64,000 nt of DNA from a virus (lineage: Duplodnaviria; Caudoviricetes). Positions 1 through 8,938 of the stretch are shown here, piece after piece; the stretch's first letter is position 1; each line of letters opens with the position of its first letter. The notes beneath the pieces are model-generated. The model made no database searches. It was given only the letters and a program-made list of their open reading frames with translations, and was not told the origin of the DNA. Position numbers and translations under genes: made by a program. Location: the IMG/VR virus record IMGVR_UViG_2824317532_000002, positions 24,871 to 88,870 of that record, one strand, 5' to 3'.

Positions 1-194
1 GCAGCCCACGCAGCCTTGCGGCGCGTCGCAGGTGTCGTCCCACGGCGGCCGGTAGTGCGTGCAGGTCTTGCAGCCGCGCGCGGCCGGGTTGGTCCAGCAG
101 CGGCCGATGTGGTCCCGGACCCGGGCCCGGACCGCCCCTGTGCGAGGGCAGTGCGGGCACCGGTATCGGGTGGTTGTGAAGGCGATCGGCTCGG

Positions 195-626
195 TCACCG
201 GGCACCTCCCGCCAGGTCGAACAGGTCCAGCTGCCCGTGCAGCTCCCGGTGCCGACGCGTCTCCGGCTGCCCGTGCCGTTTCACCCGGGCCGGGCCGGCA
301 TCGAACAGCCCCGGGTTCGTTTCCGGCTCCGGCGGCGGGCAGTCGCACGGGCACACCCACCGGCACGGGCGGCCCGACAGCCACACCTCGGTGCGGGCGG
401 CACCGCGGTGGTTGACGATGAACGTCTCGCAGACGATGTGCGGCTGCTGCTTGGTCCGGCACAGGTGGTGCCGTCCGGCGTCGCAGTGCCCGCACTGGCC
501 GGCGTGACAGCGGCAGTTGACGATGGTCCGCGGGTTGCCTTCGATCGTGCAGCTGTCGCGGTAGGTGTCGGTGAGCACCTCGTGGTAGATCCAGTCGGCG
601 GCGGCCGCCGTCATCGGGGCGATCAC
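195..626 (-). CDS. Hypothetical Cys-rich phage protein
   Basis: GTG start overlapping the upstream stop; CRC..CGHC..C and CRWVCPCDC motifs. Confidence 0.6.
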   Translation of the reverse strand: MIAPMTAAAADWIYHEVLTDTYRDSCTIEGNPRTIVNCRCHAGQCGHCDAGRHHLCRTKQQPHIVCETFIVNHRGAARTEVWLSGRPCRWVCPCDCPPPEPETNPGLFDAGPARVKRHGQPETRRHRELHGQLDLFDLAGGAR

Positions 627-889
627 CGCTGCCTCCACTCGTTCACCTCGGGGCAGGTCGTGAAGTGGGCCTTGCGCCGGGTGCCACCGAACAGCGTCGG
701 CCCGGAGACGACGGTGGCGACCGGGCCGACCCACAGGCCGGGCTGGAGCGACAGCTCGACGTTGCCGCCCTCGCTCGGCTCGGCGTCGACGGGCATCGGC
801 TTGCCGCCGCTGCTGGTGGCCCACACGATCGGGGCGTCACAGGAGCGGCAGGCGGCGATCTCGTAGCCCTCGGGCGTCCGGCCGCTCAC
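623..889 (-). CDS. Small phage zinc-binding protein
   Basis: CRSC-x-IVW...GKPMPVD...HFTTCP, a recurrent small phage protein pattern; coupled to neighbours. Confidence 0.7.
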   Translation of the reverse strand: MSGRTPEGYEIAACRSCDAPIVWATSSGGKPMPVDAEPSEGGNVELSLQPGLWVGPVATVVSGPTLFGGTRRKAHFTTCPEVNEWRQR

Positions 890-1137
890 GGCGCGCCGTC
901 CGAATCGGCAAGACGTAGCAGCTCACGCGCCTCGTCCAGCGCCCGGCGGCGTCGCGCCTTCTCGCCCGGCAGTGGGAACGGACCCATCCCGACGACCTTG
1001 ATGCAGGAACCGGCCGAGGCTTCCCGCCGGGCCCGGCACCAGTCGATGGCGTACCGGACCAGCGCGTACGGCATCAGCAGCACGACCAGCGGCACGATGC
1101 CGCCGCACCAGGTGCCGTTGGGGTAGCGGCGGGTCAT
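886..1137 (-). CDS. Small membrane protein
   Basis: One hydrophobic segment; 4-nt overlaps with both neighbours. Confidence 0.55.
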   Translation of the reverse strand: MTRRYPNGTWCGGIVPLVVLLMPYALVRYAIDWCRARREASAGSCIKVVGMGPFPLPGEKARRRRALDEARELLRLADSDGAP

Positions 1138-1415
1138 GCGGCACCGACCTCAGGCCAGGGCAGCGGGCGCAGCTCCCGACGCCGCACAACGTGCTGACGC
1201 ACCAATTCCAGGCCATGGCCATCGAGGTCGATGCGCATCCGGCCGTTGCTGTCGTGCCAATAGATGGGGATCCGCCATTCCTGGGTCGCCGAGTCGTAGG
1301 CAAACTGGGCGTAGACGGGGACTCGGGTGTAGTTGATGCGGTGATCGGTGAGCCAGGCATGGATCTGTTCGCGCTGGTCGGCCATCAACTGGAGGTATGG
1401 AACGTGCTCGGCCAT
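1134..1415 (-). CDS. Hypothetical phage protein
   Basis: Translationally coupled ORF, RBS GGGGGA. Confidence 0.6.
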   Translation of the reverse strand: MAEHVPYLQLMADQREQIHAWLTDHRINYTRVPVYAQFAYDSATQEWRIPIYWHDSNGRMRIDLDGHGLELVRQHVVRRRELRPLPWPEVGAA

Positions 1416-1627
1416 CACGATCCCCCCTCGCCGCCGGGCCACAGACGGAGCCGCCGGTCCAGCAGCGCGTCCATCGCGGCCCGCGTGAGCGGCGTCCGCG
1501 GCCGTTCGACGCGGTACTCGTCCAGCTTCGTGTCGATCTCGGCAAGCCGATCCGCGAGCGGGCTCGGCGTGGCGGCCTTGGGGTCGATGCCGGCCGGCTG
1601 GGAGCGGTTGAGGAATCGGTCGAACAT
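1415..1627 (-). CDS. Hypothetical phage protein
   Basis: MFDRFLNR..., TGATG coupling, GGAGG RBS. Confidence 0.55.
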   Translation of the reverse strand: MFDRFLNRSQPAGIDPKAATPSPLADRLAEIDTKLDEYRVERPRTPLTRAAMDALLDRRLRLWPGGEGGS

Positions 1628-2079
1628 CAGGACCTCCCGAGCCGGGTCAGCCCGCTCGGCAGAGTCCGGATCGACATGGCGCAGATCTCCAGCAGGGCCG
1701 AGCCGTACCGGCCCCGCTCCCAGCCGTCCGGGACCTCGGCGACCTTGCGCAGCAGCGCCTCGAACGCCGCCTGGTCGCCGTTGCCGCGTGCCTGGATCAG
1801 ATCCATTGCCCACTGCTTCGGGGCCTCCAGGTCGCCACCGAGTTCGCCGGTCTCCACGGCCATCGGGATGACCCGCATCGGCGAGAAGTCCCACGTGCCG
1901 CCGTTGATGTGGGCGAGGACGGTGTCGCACCAGCCGATCAGGGCGTCGATGATCCCGTCGGGGCATTCGGTGGCGAGGCGCTCGAAGGCGCTCTGGGCGC
2001 GGGGAATGTTGCCCGCGACCATGGCGTAGAGCGCGACGGAGGCGAGACGAATGGGCTTGCTGTGCTGTCGGTCGGTCAT
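1627..2079 (-). CDS. Hypothetical phage protein
   Basis: MTDRQHSK..., TGATG coupling. Confidence 0.6.
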   Translation of the reverse strand: MTDRQHSKPIRLASVALYAMVAGNIPRAQSAFERLATECPDGIIDALIGWCDTVLAHINGGTWDFSPMRVIPMAVETGELGGDLEAPKQWAMDLIQARGNGDQAAFEALLRKVAEVPDGWERGRYGSALLEICAMSIRTLPSGLTRLGRS

Positions 2080-2333
2080 CAGGAGGCTCCGTCCTGGTCG
2101 GTGAAGATGACAGCCAGACGGCGCGCGGCCGCACAGACCGTGCACGTCTCCCGGCTGCTGTCGGAGTAGTGGTAGTGCCGGGGCAGCTCGGCGAGCACGG
2201 CAAGGATGTCGCGGGCGACCTGGCCGAGCGCCGACTCCAGCCCGCTCCGGACACCCTCGGCGGTCGGGTTGAGCGACAGCTCGTCGGCGATCGTGTTGGT
2301 CATGCGGGTGAGCAGGGTTTCGCGGATGGTCAT
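2079..2333 (-). CDS. Hypothetical phage protein
   Basis: MTIRETLL..., HYH..CxxC, ATGA coupling. Confidence 0.55.
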   Translation of the reverse strand: MTIRETLLTRMTNTIADELSLNPTAEGVRSGLESALGQVARDILAVLAELPRHYHYSDSSRETCTVCAAARRLAVIFTDQDGAS

Positions 2334-2689
2334 GCCGCACCGTCCAGCGGGGTGCCGTAGCCGGCCTGCCGCAGCAGCCGGGCCATCTGCGCCACCGTGC
2401 ACGTCGCATACCACTCGCCGGCATCGCCCTTGCCGCGCCGCTTGTGCACGACGATCCCGTAGTCGGCGCCGTCGTTGGCCTGCTCCAGCACGGCCTCGTC
2501 GACCCAGCCCGCCAGGTTGAGGCTGGCGTGGTTCTTCACCTCGACGACCACGCCGGGGATGCCCGCCAGGTCGCCGCGGTCCTGGGCGGATCCGGCGAGG
2601 CGACGCTCGGCGTGCGGGAAGCCCGCGGTGCGCAGGTAGTCGACCAGGCCCCGCTCGGCGGCCGTGCCCTTGCGCTTGGAGGCGCTCAC
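2330..2689 (-). CDS. Holliday junction resolvase (Hjc-like PD-(D/E)XK)
   Basis: KRKGTAAER...DRGDLAG...VVEVKN motif; follows RecT. Confidence 0.85.
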   Translation of the reverse strand: MSASKRKGTAAERGLVDYLRTAGFPHAERRLAGSAQDRGDLAGIPGVVVEVKNHASLNLAGWVDEAVLEQANDGADYGIVVHKRRGKGDAGEWYATCTVAQMARLLRQAGYGTPLDGAA

Positions 2690-3504
2690 TCGGCACCGCC
2701 CGGGACCTCGGCGGGGGCGGGCCAGTCCTCGGCCACCTCGCCCTCGATGGCGTCCTGCCGCGACGGGGCGACGGTGGCCGGCGGCGCGTACGTCACCGGC
2801 ATGACTGCGGACTGCTGCGGGGCGGCCATCCGGGCGATCTCGCGCCGATACTCGGTGCTGGACGGCACCCATTTCTCCAGCTCGTGCACCGCGCACTTGA
2901 GCCACATCGACCGCTCCCACTTCTTCCACGGGGAGTCGGAGCGGCTGTTGGACGGGTTCATGTCGCGGTGGGCGAGAACCTCCTCGCGACCCATCTCGAC
3001 CGGGCGGGACATGCCGCCGTCGAGCATCACCGCGTACGCCCACACGCCGACCAGCTCGCCGCGTTCCTCCGCCGACGCGAACCGCTCGAATCGGTGGATC
3101 GGGTGCGGCATGCCCTCCTCGTACTCGTAGAAGTCGTTCTTGCGAACGACCTCCGCGCGCACCGACTGCACGGCCCCGGCCCGGTAGATGCGCTCGATGA
3201 CGCCCCGGTAGCCTTCCCAGCCCTCCACGGCGCCCTTGATCGGGACGAAGTAGTAAGCGGGGGTGCCGGGCTCGTGGCCGAGGCGGGCGCAGTCGAGCAT
3301 CGCCGTCATCAGCGACCCGGCGTTGTTCATGGCCGCCCGCATCAGGTTCTGATCACGGCGTAGCACACCCTGGGCGAGGCGGACGAAGGTCGCGGGCGGC
3401 AGGTGCGAGGGCAGGACCGCGGCGAAGTCGTCGCGGTAGCCGGCGACCAGCGTGGTCGGCGAGGTGTCCCGCTGGGCGACGGCGCTGGTGACGGTCTCGG
3501 GCAT
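2686..3504 (-). CDS. recT: RecT-family ssDNA annealing protein
   Basis: GSLMTAMLDCARLGHEP..AYYFVPIKG..GYRG..SPWKKWERSMWLKCAVHEL.KWVPSS. Confidence 0.92.
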   Translation of the reverse strand: MPETVTSAVAQRDTSPTTLVAGYRDDFAAVLPSHLPPATFVRLAQGVLRRDQNLMRAAMNNAGSLMTAMLDCARLGHEPGTPAYYFVPIKGAVEGWEGYRGVIERIYRAGAVQSVRAEVVRKNDFYEYEEGMPHPIHRFERFASAEERGELVGVWAYAVMLDGGMSRPVEMGREEVLAHRDMNPSNSRSDSPWKKWERSMWLKCAVHELEKWVPSSTEYRREIARMAAPQQSAVMPVTYAPPATVAPSRQDAIEGEVAEDWPAPAEVPGGAE

Positions 3505-3725
3505 CAGAAGCTCTCCCCGTGGGATGCGGCGTGCTGGTTGATGAAGTCGATGAACTCGGCGAGCCGGGTGGGCTCGAAGTACGGCTTGTCGCGGCGGATG
3601 ACGTTCCAGCCGTAGTAGGCGATCGAGCCGTGCTCGTATGTGTCGCAGCCCGAGTGGTGGCAGTCGAGAGAGACGTCACCGTCCTCGTCGCCGGTGAGCC
3701 GTAGGTACTCCGGGATCTCAGGCAT
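3504..3725 (-). CDS. Hypothetical phage protein
   Basis: Coupled ORF between YqaJ and RecT. Confidence 0.6.
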   Translation of the reverse strand: MPEIPEYLRLTGDEDGDVSLDCHHSGCDTYEHGSIAYYGWNVIRRDKPYFEPTRLAEFIDFINQHAASHGESF

Positions 3726-4746
3726 AGGAGTCCGCCCTTCCGGGGTTGAGTCGGTCGGTGGTCGGCCACGCGTCGTCGATGGCCATCAGTTCGTGCTCGT
3801 CGTCGCTGCGCCGCTCGAAGACGGAGCGGGAGGCGACGAGCTTCTTGCCGCACATGGCCCGGTTGAAGTCGGAGCCGAGCGCCGCCCGGATCTCCGCCTC
3901 GCACGCCGCGACCCGGGCCTTCGCCTCGTCCCGGTCGGCGCGGGCCTGCCGGTACCGCTCGGCCAGCTCGACCGACACCTGCACCTCGCCGTCGCCGAGC
4001 GTCGGATGGAGCCGCTGGAGAGCGCTGATCGTGGCGTCGTGGCCGCCCAGGTCCGGGGCGTCGCCGCCTTCCAGGCGCTGGAAGAAGTCGAAGCCGGCGG
4101 CCCGCATCACCTCCAGGTCGGCCTGTGCCGCCTCGTTGATGTGCACGACGTACGACCGGAATCCGGTCGGGCCGAGGGCGGCGATGTAGACGGTGGAGAC
4201 GCCGAGGACGTCGGCCTGCCACAGCACCTGGGCGCGGTAGTAGACGGGGATCTCGTCGGTGCCGGGCTCGCCCCAGCCGTCCCAGCTGTGAGCCACCCAC
4301 TTGCACTCCAGCAGGGCGACCAGCGAGCCGCCCTTGCCGTTGCAGTCCGGGCAGTAGTAGGTGAACCGGCCGCTCGGGTAGAGCCCGGTGCCCTCGCAGT
4401 CCGCGCAGGGCGTGAGCAGCAGCCCGTCCGGGGTGGCGAGCTGCCACGGCCGATCCGGGTGGGCGTAGAGCCCGGCCGACCGCTTGATCAGGTTCTCCAG
4501 CGGGTCGCACGCGGCCATCCACCAGTCGGCGATGGCGTCCTCGAGGTGGCTTCCCGCCGAGGTGAGGTCGTTGCCGTCCCACCGCCAGTCGTTGACCTTC
4601 GCCCAGAACAGGCTGAACGGGCTGTCGTACGGGCTGATCCCCATGACGACGGCGATCTCCGACGCGGTCACGCCCTCACGGCGCAGCTGATGCCACTGCT
4701 CGTCGTGGTTTCCGGTGCCGGGCGGCAGCAGCTCGACGGGGGTCAC
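3718..4746 (-). CDS. YqaJ/RecE-like exonuclease with inserted CxxCxGxG zinc finger
   Basis: WHQLRREGVTASEIA, ATPDG, LLECK, YYRAQVLWQ motifs; upstream of recT. Confidence 0.9.
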   Translation of the reverse strand: MTPVELLPPGTGNHDEQWHQLRREGVTASEIAVVMGISPYDSPFSLFWAKVNDWRWDGNDLTSAGSHLEDAIADWWMAACDPLENLIKRSAGLYAHPDRPWQLATPDGLLLTPCADCEGTGLYPSGRFTYYCPDCNGKGGSLVALLECKWVAHSWDGWGEPGTDEIPVYYRAQVLWQADVLGVSTVYIAALGPTGFRSYVVHINEAAQADLEVMRAAGFDFFQRLEGGDAPDLGGHDATISALQRLHPTLGDGEVQVSVELAERYRQARADRDEAKARVAACEAEIRAALGSDFNRAMCGKKLVASRSVFERRSDDEHELMAIDDAWPTTDRLNPGRADSYA

Positions 4747-5210
4747 CCGGCCACCTCCGCCGGGTGCGGGTTGAGGTCGAACCGGAGCCGGGTGACGTGC
4801 ACCCACCGCTCCCCGGCCTCGGCCTCGGCCGGCCACCACCGGGCGAGCAGCCCACACCGCACGCACCGGCCGTACCGCTCGTCGGCGGCGTAGGCGATGT
4901 CGGCGGGGATCAGGTCCAGGGCGGCGAGGACACGGAGCACCTCGGCGGCGTCGCGGATGCCGTCCATCCCGGCGTACAGCTCCGGCTTACCGTGAACCGG
5001 CTTGTGCTTCACGGTGAGGTCGATGCCGCCGTTGCCGCTACGCCACCGCCACACCTCGACCTCACGGCCATCGGCGAGTTTCCAGGCCAGCTCCAGAGCA
5101 GTGGAATCGCGCACGTTGTCGAGCACAAATCGCGGCGCGGTGACGCTCTTCTGCTGCCGGGCCCACCGCATCGCGCGGCCCACCGCGCGCCAGTTCGGAA
5201 ACGTCTTCAC
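4743..5210 (-). CDS. Hypothetical phage protein
   Basis: GTG start with GGAGG RBS; coupled. Confidence 0.55.
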   Translation of the reverse strand: MKTFPNWRAVGRAMRWARQQKSVTAPRFVLDNVRDSTALELAWKLADGREVEVWRWRSGNGGIDLTVKHKPVHGKPELYAGMDGIRDAAEVLRVLAALDLIPADIAYAADERYGRCVRCGLLARWWPAEAEAGERWVHVTRLRFDLNPHPAEVAG

Positions 5211-5452
5211 AGGACCACCTCCGAGGCGGAACGGTGCAGGCGGATGGCGAGCGCGGCGACGGCCTCGGCGAGTTCCCTCGACCCCAGCCGCCCGGCCATC
5301 CACTCGGCGAGGTCGACGCTCGCCTCCAGCACGTCGAGGCCGTCGCGGTCGGCAGCCTGGGCGAGCAGCCAGTCGACGAGGTTGTTCAGCTCGCGGTCGC
5401 GGTCGGCTCGGCGGGCGGCGGGCAGGTCGGTCGGCTCAGGCACGGCGACCAC
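5207..5452 (-). CDS. Hypothetical phage protein
   Basis: Coupled ORF. Confidence 0.5.
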   Translation of the reverse strand: MVAVPEPTDLPAARRADRDRELNNLVDWLLAQAADRDGLDVLEASVDLAEWMAGRLGSRELAEAVAALAIRLHRSASEVVL

Positions 5453-5732
5453 CGCCTCGACGGCGGATGCCGAACACGTCGTAGAAGTCGTGCCCGTCGG
5501 CGGCTTCCTGCTTGCTGATCTCCCGGTAGTGCCGGTCCCGGACCCACGGCCGGTCGTCGATGCCCGGGAACCCGCAGCACGGCGACGTCCACACCGAGCA
5601 GTCGGCGTAGCGGGCGGTGACCTTGACGTGCGTCAGGCTGTAGACGCCCCGGCAGTGCATGCACCGGACGGGGAACATCATCTCGGCGGCGGGGGGCTGT
5701 TCGATCTTCCAGTCGGGAGCCTGAGCCATCAT
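5436..5732 (-). CDS. Hypothetical zinc-binding phage protein
   Basis: VRCMHC...ARYADCSVWTSPCC; GGAGG RBS. Confidence 0.6.
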   Translation of the reverse strand: MMAQAPDWKIEQPPAAEMMFPVRCMHCRGVYSLTHVKVTARYADCSVWTSPCCGFPGIDDRPWVRDRHYREISKQEAADGHDFYDVFGIRRRGGGRRA

Positions 5733-6103
5733 GCGTTCACCTCCCAGCGGACCGGGCCGACGACGCGGCAGAACGCCAGCAGCACCCGCCGGTGGTCCAC
5801 ATCGCTGCACGGGCACAGCGGGTGCACGCACACCCGGCCCCGCTCGTCGACCTCCGCCGACACGTCGATGCCGGCCCGGTGCAGCTGCTCGCACACGGCC
5901 GCCAGGTCCTCGAGGAGTGCCTGCTGCGGGGTGCGGCAGGTCGCGGCGAACCGGTCCCGGGCACGCATCGCACCCCACCGGGTCCAGGTCAGACCCTCGC
6001 CGAGGACGTGCAGCGGGCCGTCTCCGACCTGCCACGCCCAGCGGCGGTCCAGGCGGTGCGGCATCGGGGTGTGGAGGAAGTCGCGGTAGACGGGGGCGGT
6101 CAT
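5729..6103 (-). CDS. Hypothetical phage protein
   Basis: ATGA-coupled ORF. Confidence 0.5.
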   Translation of the reverse strand: MTAPVYRDFLHTPMPHRLDRRWAWQVGDGPLHVLGEGLTWTRWGAMRARDRFAATCRTPQQALLEDLAAVCEQLHRAGIDVSAEVDERGRVCVHPLCPCSDVDHRRVLLAFCRVVGPVRWEVNA

Positions 6104-6396
6104 CGGACACCGCCCTCGGTCGCGCCGGGCACCTGCTCGGGCTCGGTGACGAGCCGGATCGTGCGAATGTCCTCCTCGCGGGCGGACAGCGTCAGCTTCC
6201 AACGACCGTCGATCTCGGCGTGCATCTGGATGCGGTCCGGGCCCTTGTCGCCGCCCGCCTGACCGAACAGGTCCCGCATCATGAACTCGCCACGGCGCGG
6301 CCAGGACAGCTGGTGCGCCTGGATGGTCTCGATGTGCCCGGACATCCAGGTGATCTCGTAGACGTCGGCCGGGCCGCGGTCGATGTCGGTCACCAC
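6100..6396 (-). CDS. Hypothetical phage protein
   Basis: YEITWMSGHIETIQAHQ; coupled. Confidence 0.55.
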   Translation of the reverse strand: MVTDIDRGPADVYEITWMSGHIETIQAHQLSWPRRGEFMMRDLFGQAGGDKGPDRIQMHAEIDGRWKLTLSAREEDIRTIRLVTEPEQVPGATEGGVR

Positions 6397-6731
6397 GAGA
6401 CCCACCCCCCGAACAGGGCGCGCAGGCGGGCGACCGGGCCAGGCTGGTCGGCGCTGCGGTGACGGCCGGCCGGCTCGGCGACCGGCCGGTTCGAGTAGAA
6501 ACGGTTGAACCGGCGCTGCAACGCGTCGATCGGCGGCTCCTGGTCGGGCGGGGAGTCGAAGGCCCCGATCGTGCGCGGGATGACGACCCGCTGTTCACCG
6601 GTGGCGTTCGGGCGGCGGAACGACGGGGTGATGCGGACGGTCGGGGGCTCCGACCCGGACGAGAGCAGGATGCCGAGGGTGTCCCCGATGTCGACGAGGC
6701 TCCCGTCGCGGTTGTGAATGGTGATGGTCAT
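6390..6731 (-). CDS. Hypothetical phage protein
   Basis: AGGAG RBS before ATG. Confidence 0.55.
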   Translation of the reverse strand: MTITIHNRDGSLVDIGDTLGILLSSGSEPPTVRITPSFRRPNATGEQRVVIPRTIGAFDSPPDQEPPIDALQRRFNRFYSNRPVAEPAGRHRSADQPGPVARLRALFGGWVSW

Positions 6732-6862
6732 CTGCGTCTCCTGCGAAGTAGGTGCGAAGCAGGTGGGAAGAGGTGCGAAGTTCGGGGCCCGGGGTGCTGC
6801 CTGGCGGGACAGCGCCCCGGGCCGGCGCCGGGCCCGCTAACGACGGGTCCGGCCGGGTTAGG

Positions 6863-7108
6863 TCAGGGGGAAGCGGTCGCGTGCCGGGGAATCTCGCCGA
6901 GCCCCAGCCCGCCGAGACGCGCCGCCGACTCCGCGTGGGACGCGCACACCTCGGCGACGGCCAGGAACCAAACGCCCAGGTCCGGGCGGTCGAAACGCAC
7001 CCGATGAGTCGCGATCTCCGCGCAGATCTCCGGCAGCGCCGCCGGGGCGATGTCGTCCAGGCGCTCCAGGCCGTCCATGAGCAGCGCCCACGCGCACGGC
7101 GCGCTCAC
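6863..7108 (-). CDS. Hypothetical phage protein
   Basis: GTGA-coupled ORF. Confidence 0.45.
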   Translation of the reverse strand: MSAPCAWALLMDGLERLDDIAPAALPEICAEIATHRVRFDRPDLGVWFLAVAEVCASHAESAARLGGLGLGEIPRHATASP

Positions 7109-7302
7109 CGCCGGTACCCGCTCACCACGTCGCGCGACAGCGCGTCCCGGCAGGCCGGGCAGGTCGCGTTACGGCCGACGCCGGTGGTGTTGTCCATGAA
7201 CGGGATCGCCGCCGGGGCCAGGCCGCACGCGGTCGGGCCGAACTTCTCAGCGACATGCACGACCGGCTCCGGGCGGGCGGCCTCACCGCGGTGGATGGCC
7301 AT
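7105..7302 (-). CDS. Small Cys-containing phage protein
   Basis: VVH..TACG...ATCPAC; coupled. Confidence 0.5.
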   Translation of the reverse strand: MAIHRGEAARPEPVVHVAEKFGPTACGLAPAAIPFMDNTTGVGRNATCPACRDALSRDVVSGYRR

Positions 7303-7625
7303 CAGCGACCACCGTCCGCGCCGCAGTTCAGGCACGCCGCCCCGGACGCCGGCCGGTCCTCGCACACCAGGCATGCCGGGCCGGGACCAAGCAGCCTCTC
7401 GACCGGCATCCTCAGGACCCGGGCGAACGCGACCGCCTCGTCGACGGTGATGTTCGCCCGATAGCCCGACTCGACCTTCCAGACGCCGGACTCCGGGAGC
7501 GGGCAGCCGATGTCGGCCAGGCGCTGCGTCAGCTGCTTCATGGTCAGGCCGAGGTCGAGACGGCGGATACGGATGCGGATCGCGGCTTTGCGGGACACCT
7601 CGGTCCCGGTCGCGCGCGGCCTCAT
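7302..7625 (-). CDS. XRE-family HTH regulator with C-terminal CxxC pairs
   Basis: RIRRLDLGLTMKQL...SGVWKVESG..ITVDEAVAFARVL. Confidence 0.8.
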   Translation of the reverse strand: MRPRATGTEVSRKAAIRIRIRRLDLGLTMKQLTQRLADIGCPLPESGVWKVESGYRANITVDEAVAFARVLRMPVERLLGPGPACLVCEDRPASGAACLNCGADGGR

Positions 7626-8176
7626 CGCCGGGCCTCGGCGGCGATCCGGGCCGGGCAGTCCATGCGGCACGGGCGGTCGGCGTCCTGGCCGTCGCACTCC
7701 TTCGAGTGCTTAGCCGCCGGCGGATGCGCCTCGACCCGCTCCCGCCACGACAGGTCACCGACCGGGGCGGGGGACGCCGGCTCGGCGACGGCCGGGGGAG
7801 CCTGCTCGGGCTCGGCGAACCGGGCCGCCGCACCGGAGTCGATCCAGTGCTGGCGCTGCTCGTCGGTGATCGGGTCGCGGGCGCCAAGGTGCAGCATGGT
7901 CCCGCGCCAGTTGAAGTAGATGTTGGTCAGCCACTCATCAGACTTGGCCGGGTCGGCGAGGTCCGGGTGCGGCTGGCCTTCGGTCGCCGGGATGGTCTGG
8001 GTGTAGCCGAACCAATCGGCCCAGCCGCACAGGTCAGCGGCGGAGTCGAGGTCGATGTGGTTCGAGTGGAGGCGGATGTCGCACGGCGCGGGCAGGCCGA
8101 AGTCGACCCCGGCGTTGATCGCGGCGATCAGTTCGCGGCGGCGAGCCTGCTGGTCGTGGATGATGGGCTGAGTCAC
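7622..8176 (-). CDS. Hypothetical phage protein
   Basis: AAAGGA RBS before GTG. Confidence 0.6.
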   Translation of the reverse strand: MTQPIIHDQQARRRELIAAINAGVDFGLPAPCDIRLHSNHIDLDSAADLCGWADWFGYTQTIPATEGQPHPDLADPAKSDEWLTNIYFNWRGTMLHLGARDPITDEQRQHWIDSGAAARFAEPEQAPPAVAEPASPAPVGDLSWRERVEAHPPAAKHSKECDGQDADRPCRMDCPARIAAEARR

Positions 8177-8253
8177 TGGACTGTCCTTTCTTCGCAGGGA
8201 GTTGCTGTCCGGTGCGCGCGCCGTCCGGTGGCTGCCGGGCGGCGCGATCTATG

Positions 8254-8463
8254 TCAGGGCAGGGGCAGGCGCATCAGGCCGAGGCCGGGCACCTCGCCGA
8301 CCCACCAGCGGGAGACCGGGCCGAACGCATCGACCAGGTCCGGGTCGTCGGTCACTTCTTCGGCCTCGGCCACCACCACGGGCGGCGGCGAGGACGCACC
8401 GGGCGCGGAGTCACCGGCCGCGACGGCTCCGGCCCGGACGGGCCCGGGCTCACGCGGCGTCAT
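8254..8463 (-). CDS. Hypothetical protein
   Basis: Short ORF continuing the operon. Confidence 0.35.
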   Translation of the reverse strand: MTPREPGPVRAGAVAAGDSAPGASSPPPVVVAEAEEVTDDPDLVDAFGPVSRWWVGEVPGLGLMRLPLP

Positions 8464-8938
8464 CCGCCAGCAGCCCGGTCTCGGCCAGGTACACACCGAA
8501 CGTCAGCTCACCGGGAGCTCGGCCCGCCTTCTGCTGAGCCGCCGACCAGGCCTCCATCAGCTCGGCCTCGACCTGGTCCTGAACGGCGCGCTCCTGCGCC
8601 CGGTCCGCGTTCGTCGCCGATCGGCGCGCCTCCGCCCGCTTGTGCCGCGCCAGTGCCCGCGAGTTCTCGATCACGTTGCCCTGGTCGTCGGCGACGAGCC
8701 GATCCGGCTCGTACTCGAACAAACCCAGGCCCGGCAGCGCCACCTTCCCGGCCGGCGCCGTCTGCCCCGGCCGCTTCCGCGCCGACACCACCCGCTGCGC
8801 CTTCTTGCGACGCTCCTCGGCCGGATCGAAATCGATCACCCGCTCGACGATGTCGACGAGCGACTTCTCGACGGCCTGCCCGTCGTCGTTGCGCGGCGCG
8901 TTCGCCAGCGCGAACCGGTATGCCTGCGTTCCGTTCAC
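8450..8938 (-). CDS. Hypothetical phage protein
   Basis: GTGA coupling, GGGGGAG RBS. Confidence 0.55.
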   Translation of the reverse strand: MNGTQAYRFALANAPRNDDGQAVEKSLVDIVERVIDFDPAEERRKKAQRVVSARKRPGQTAPAGKVALPGLGLFEYEPDRLVADDQGNVIENSRALARHKRAEARRSATNADRAQERAVQDQVEAELMEAWSAAQQKAGRAPGELTFGVYLAETGLLADDAA

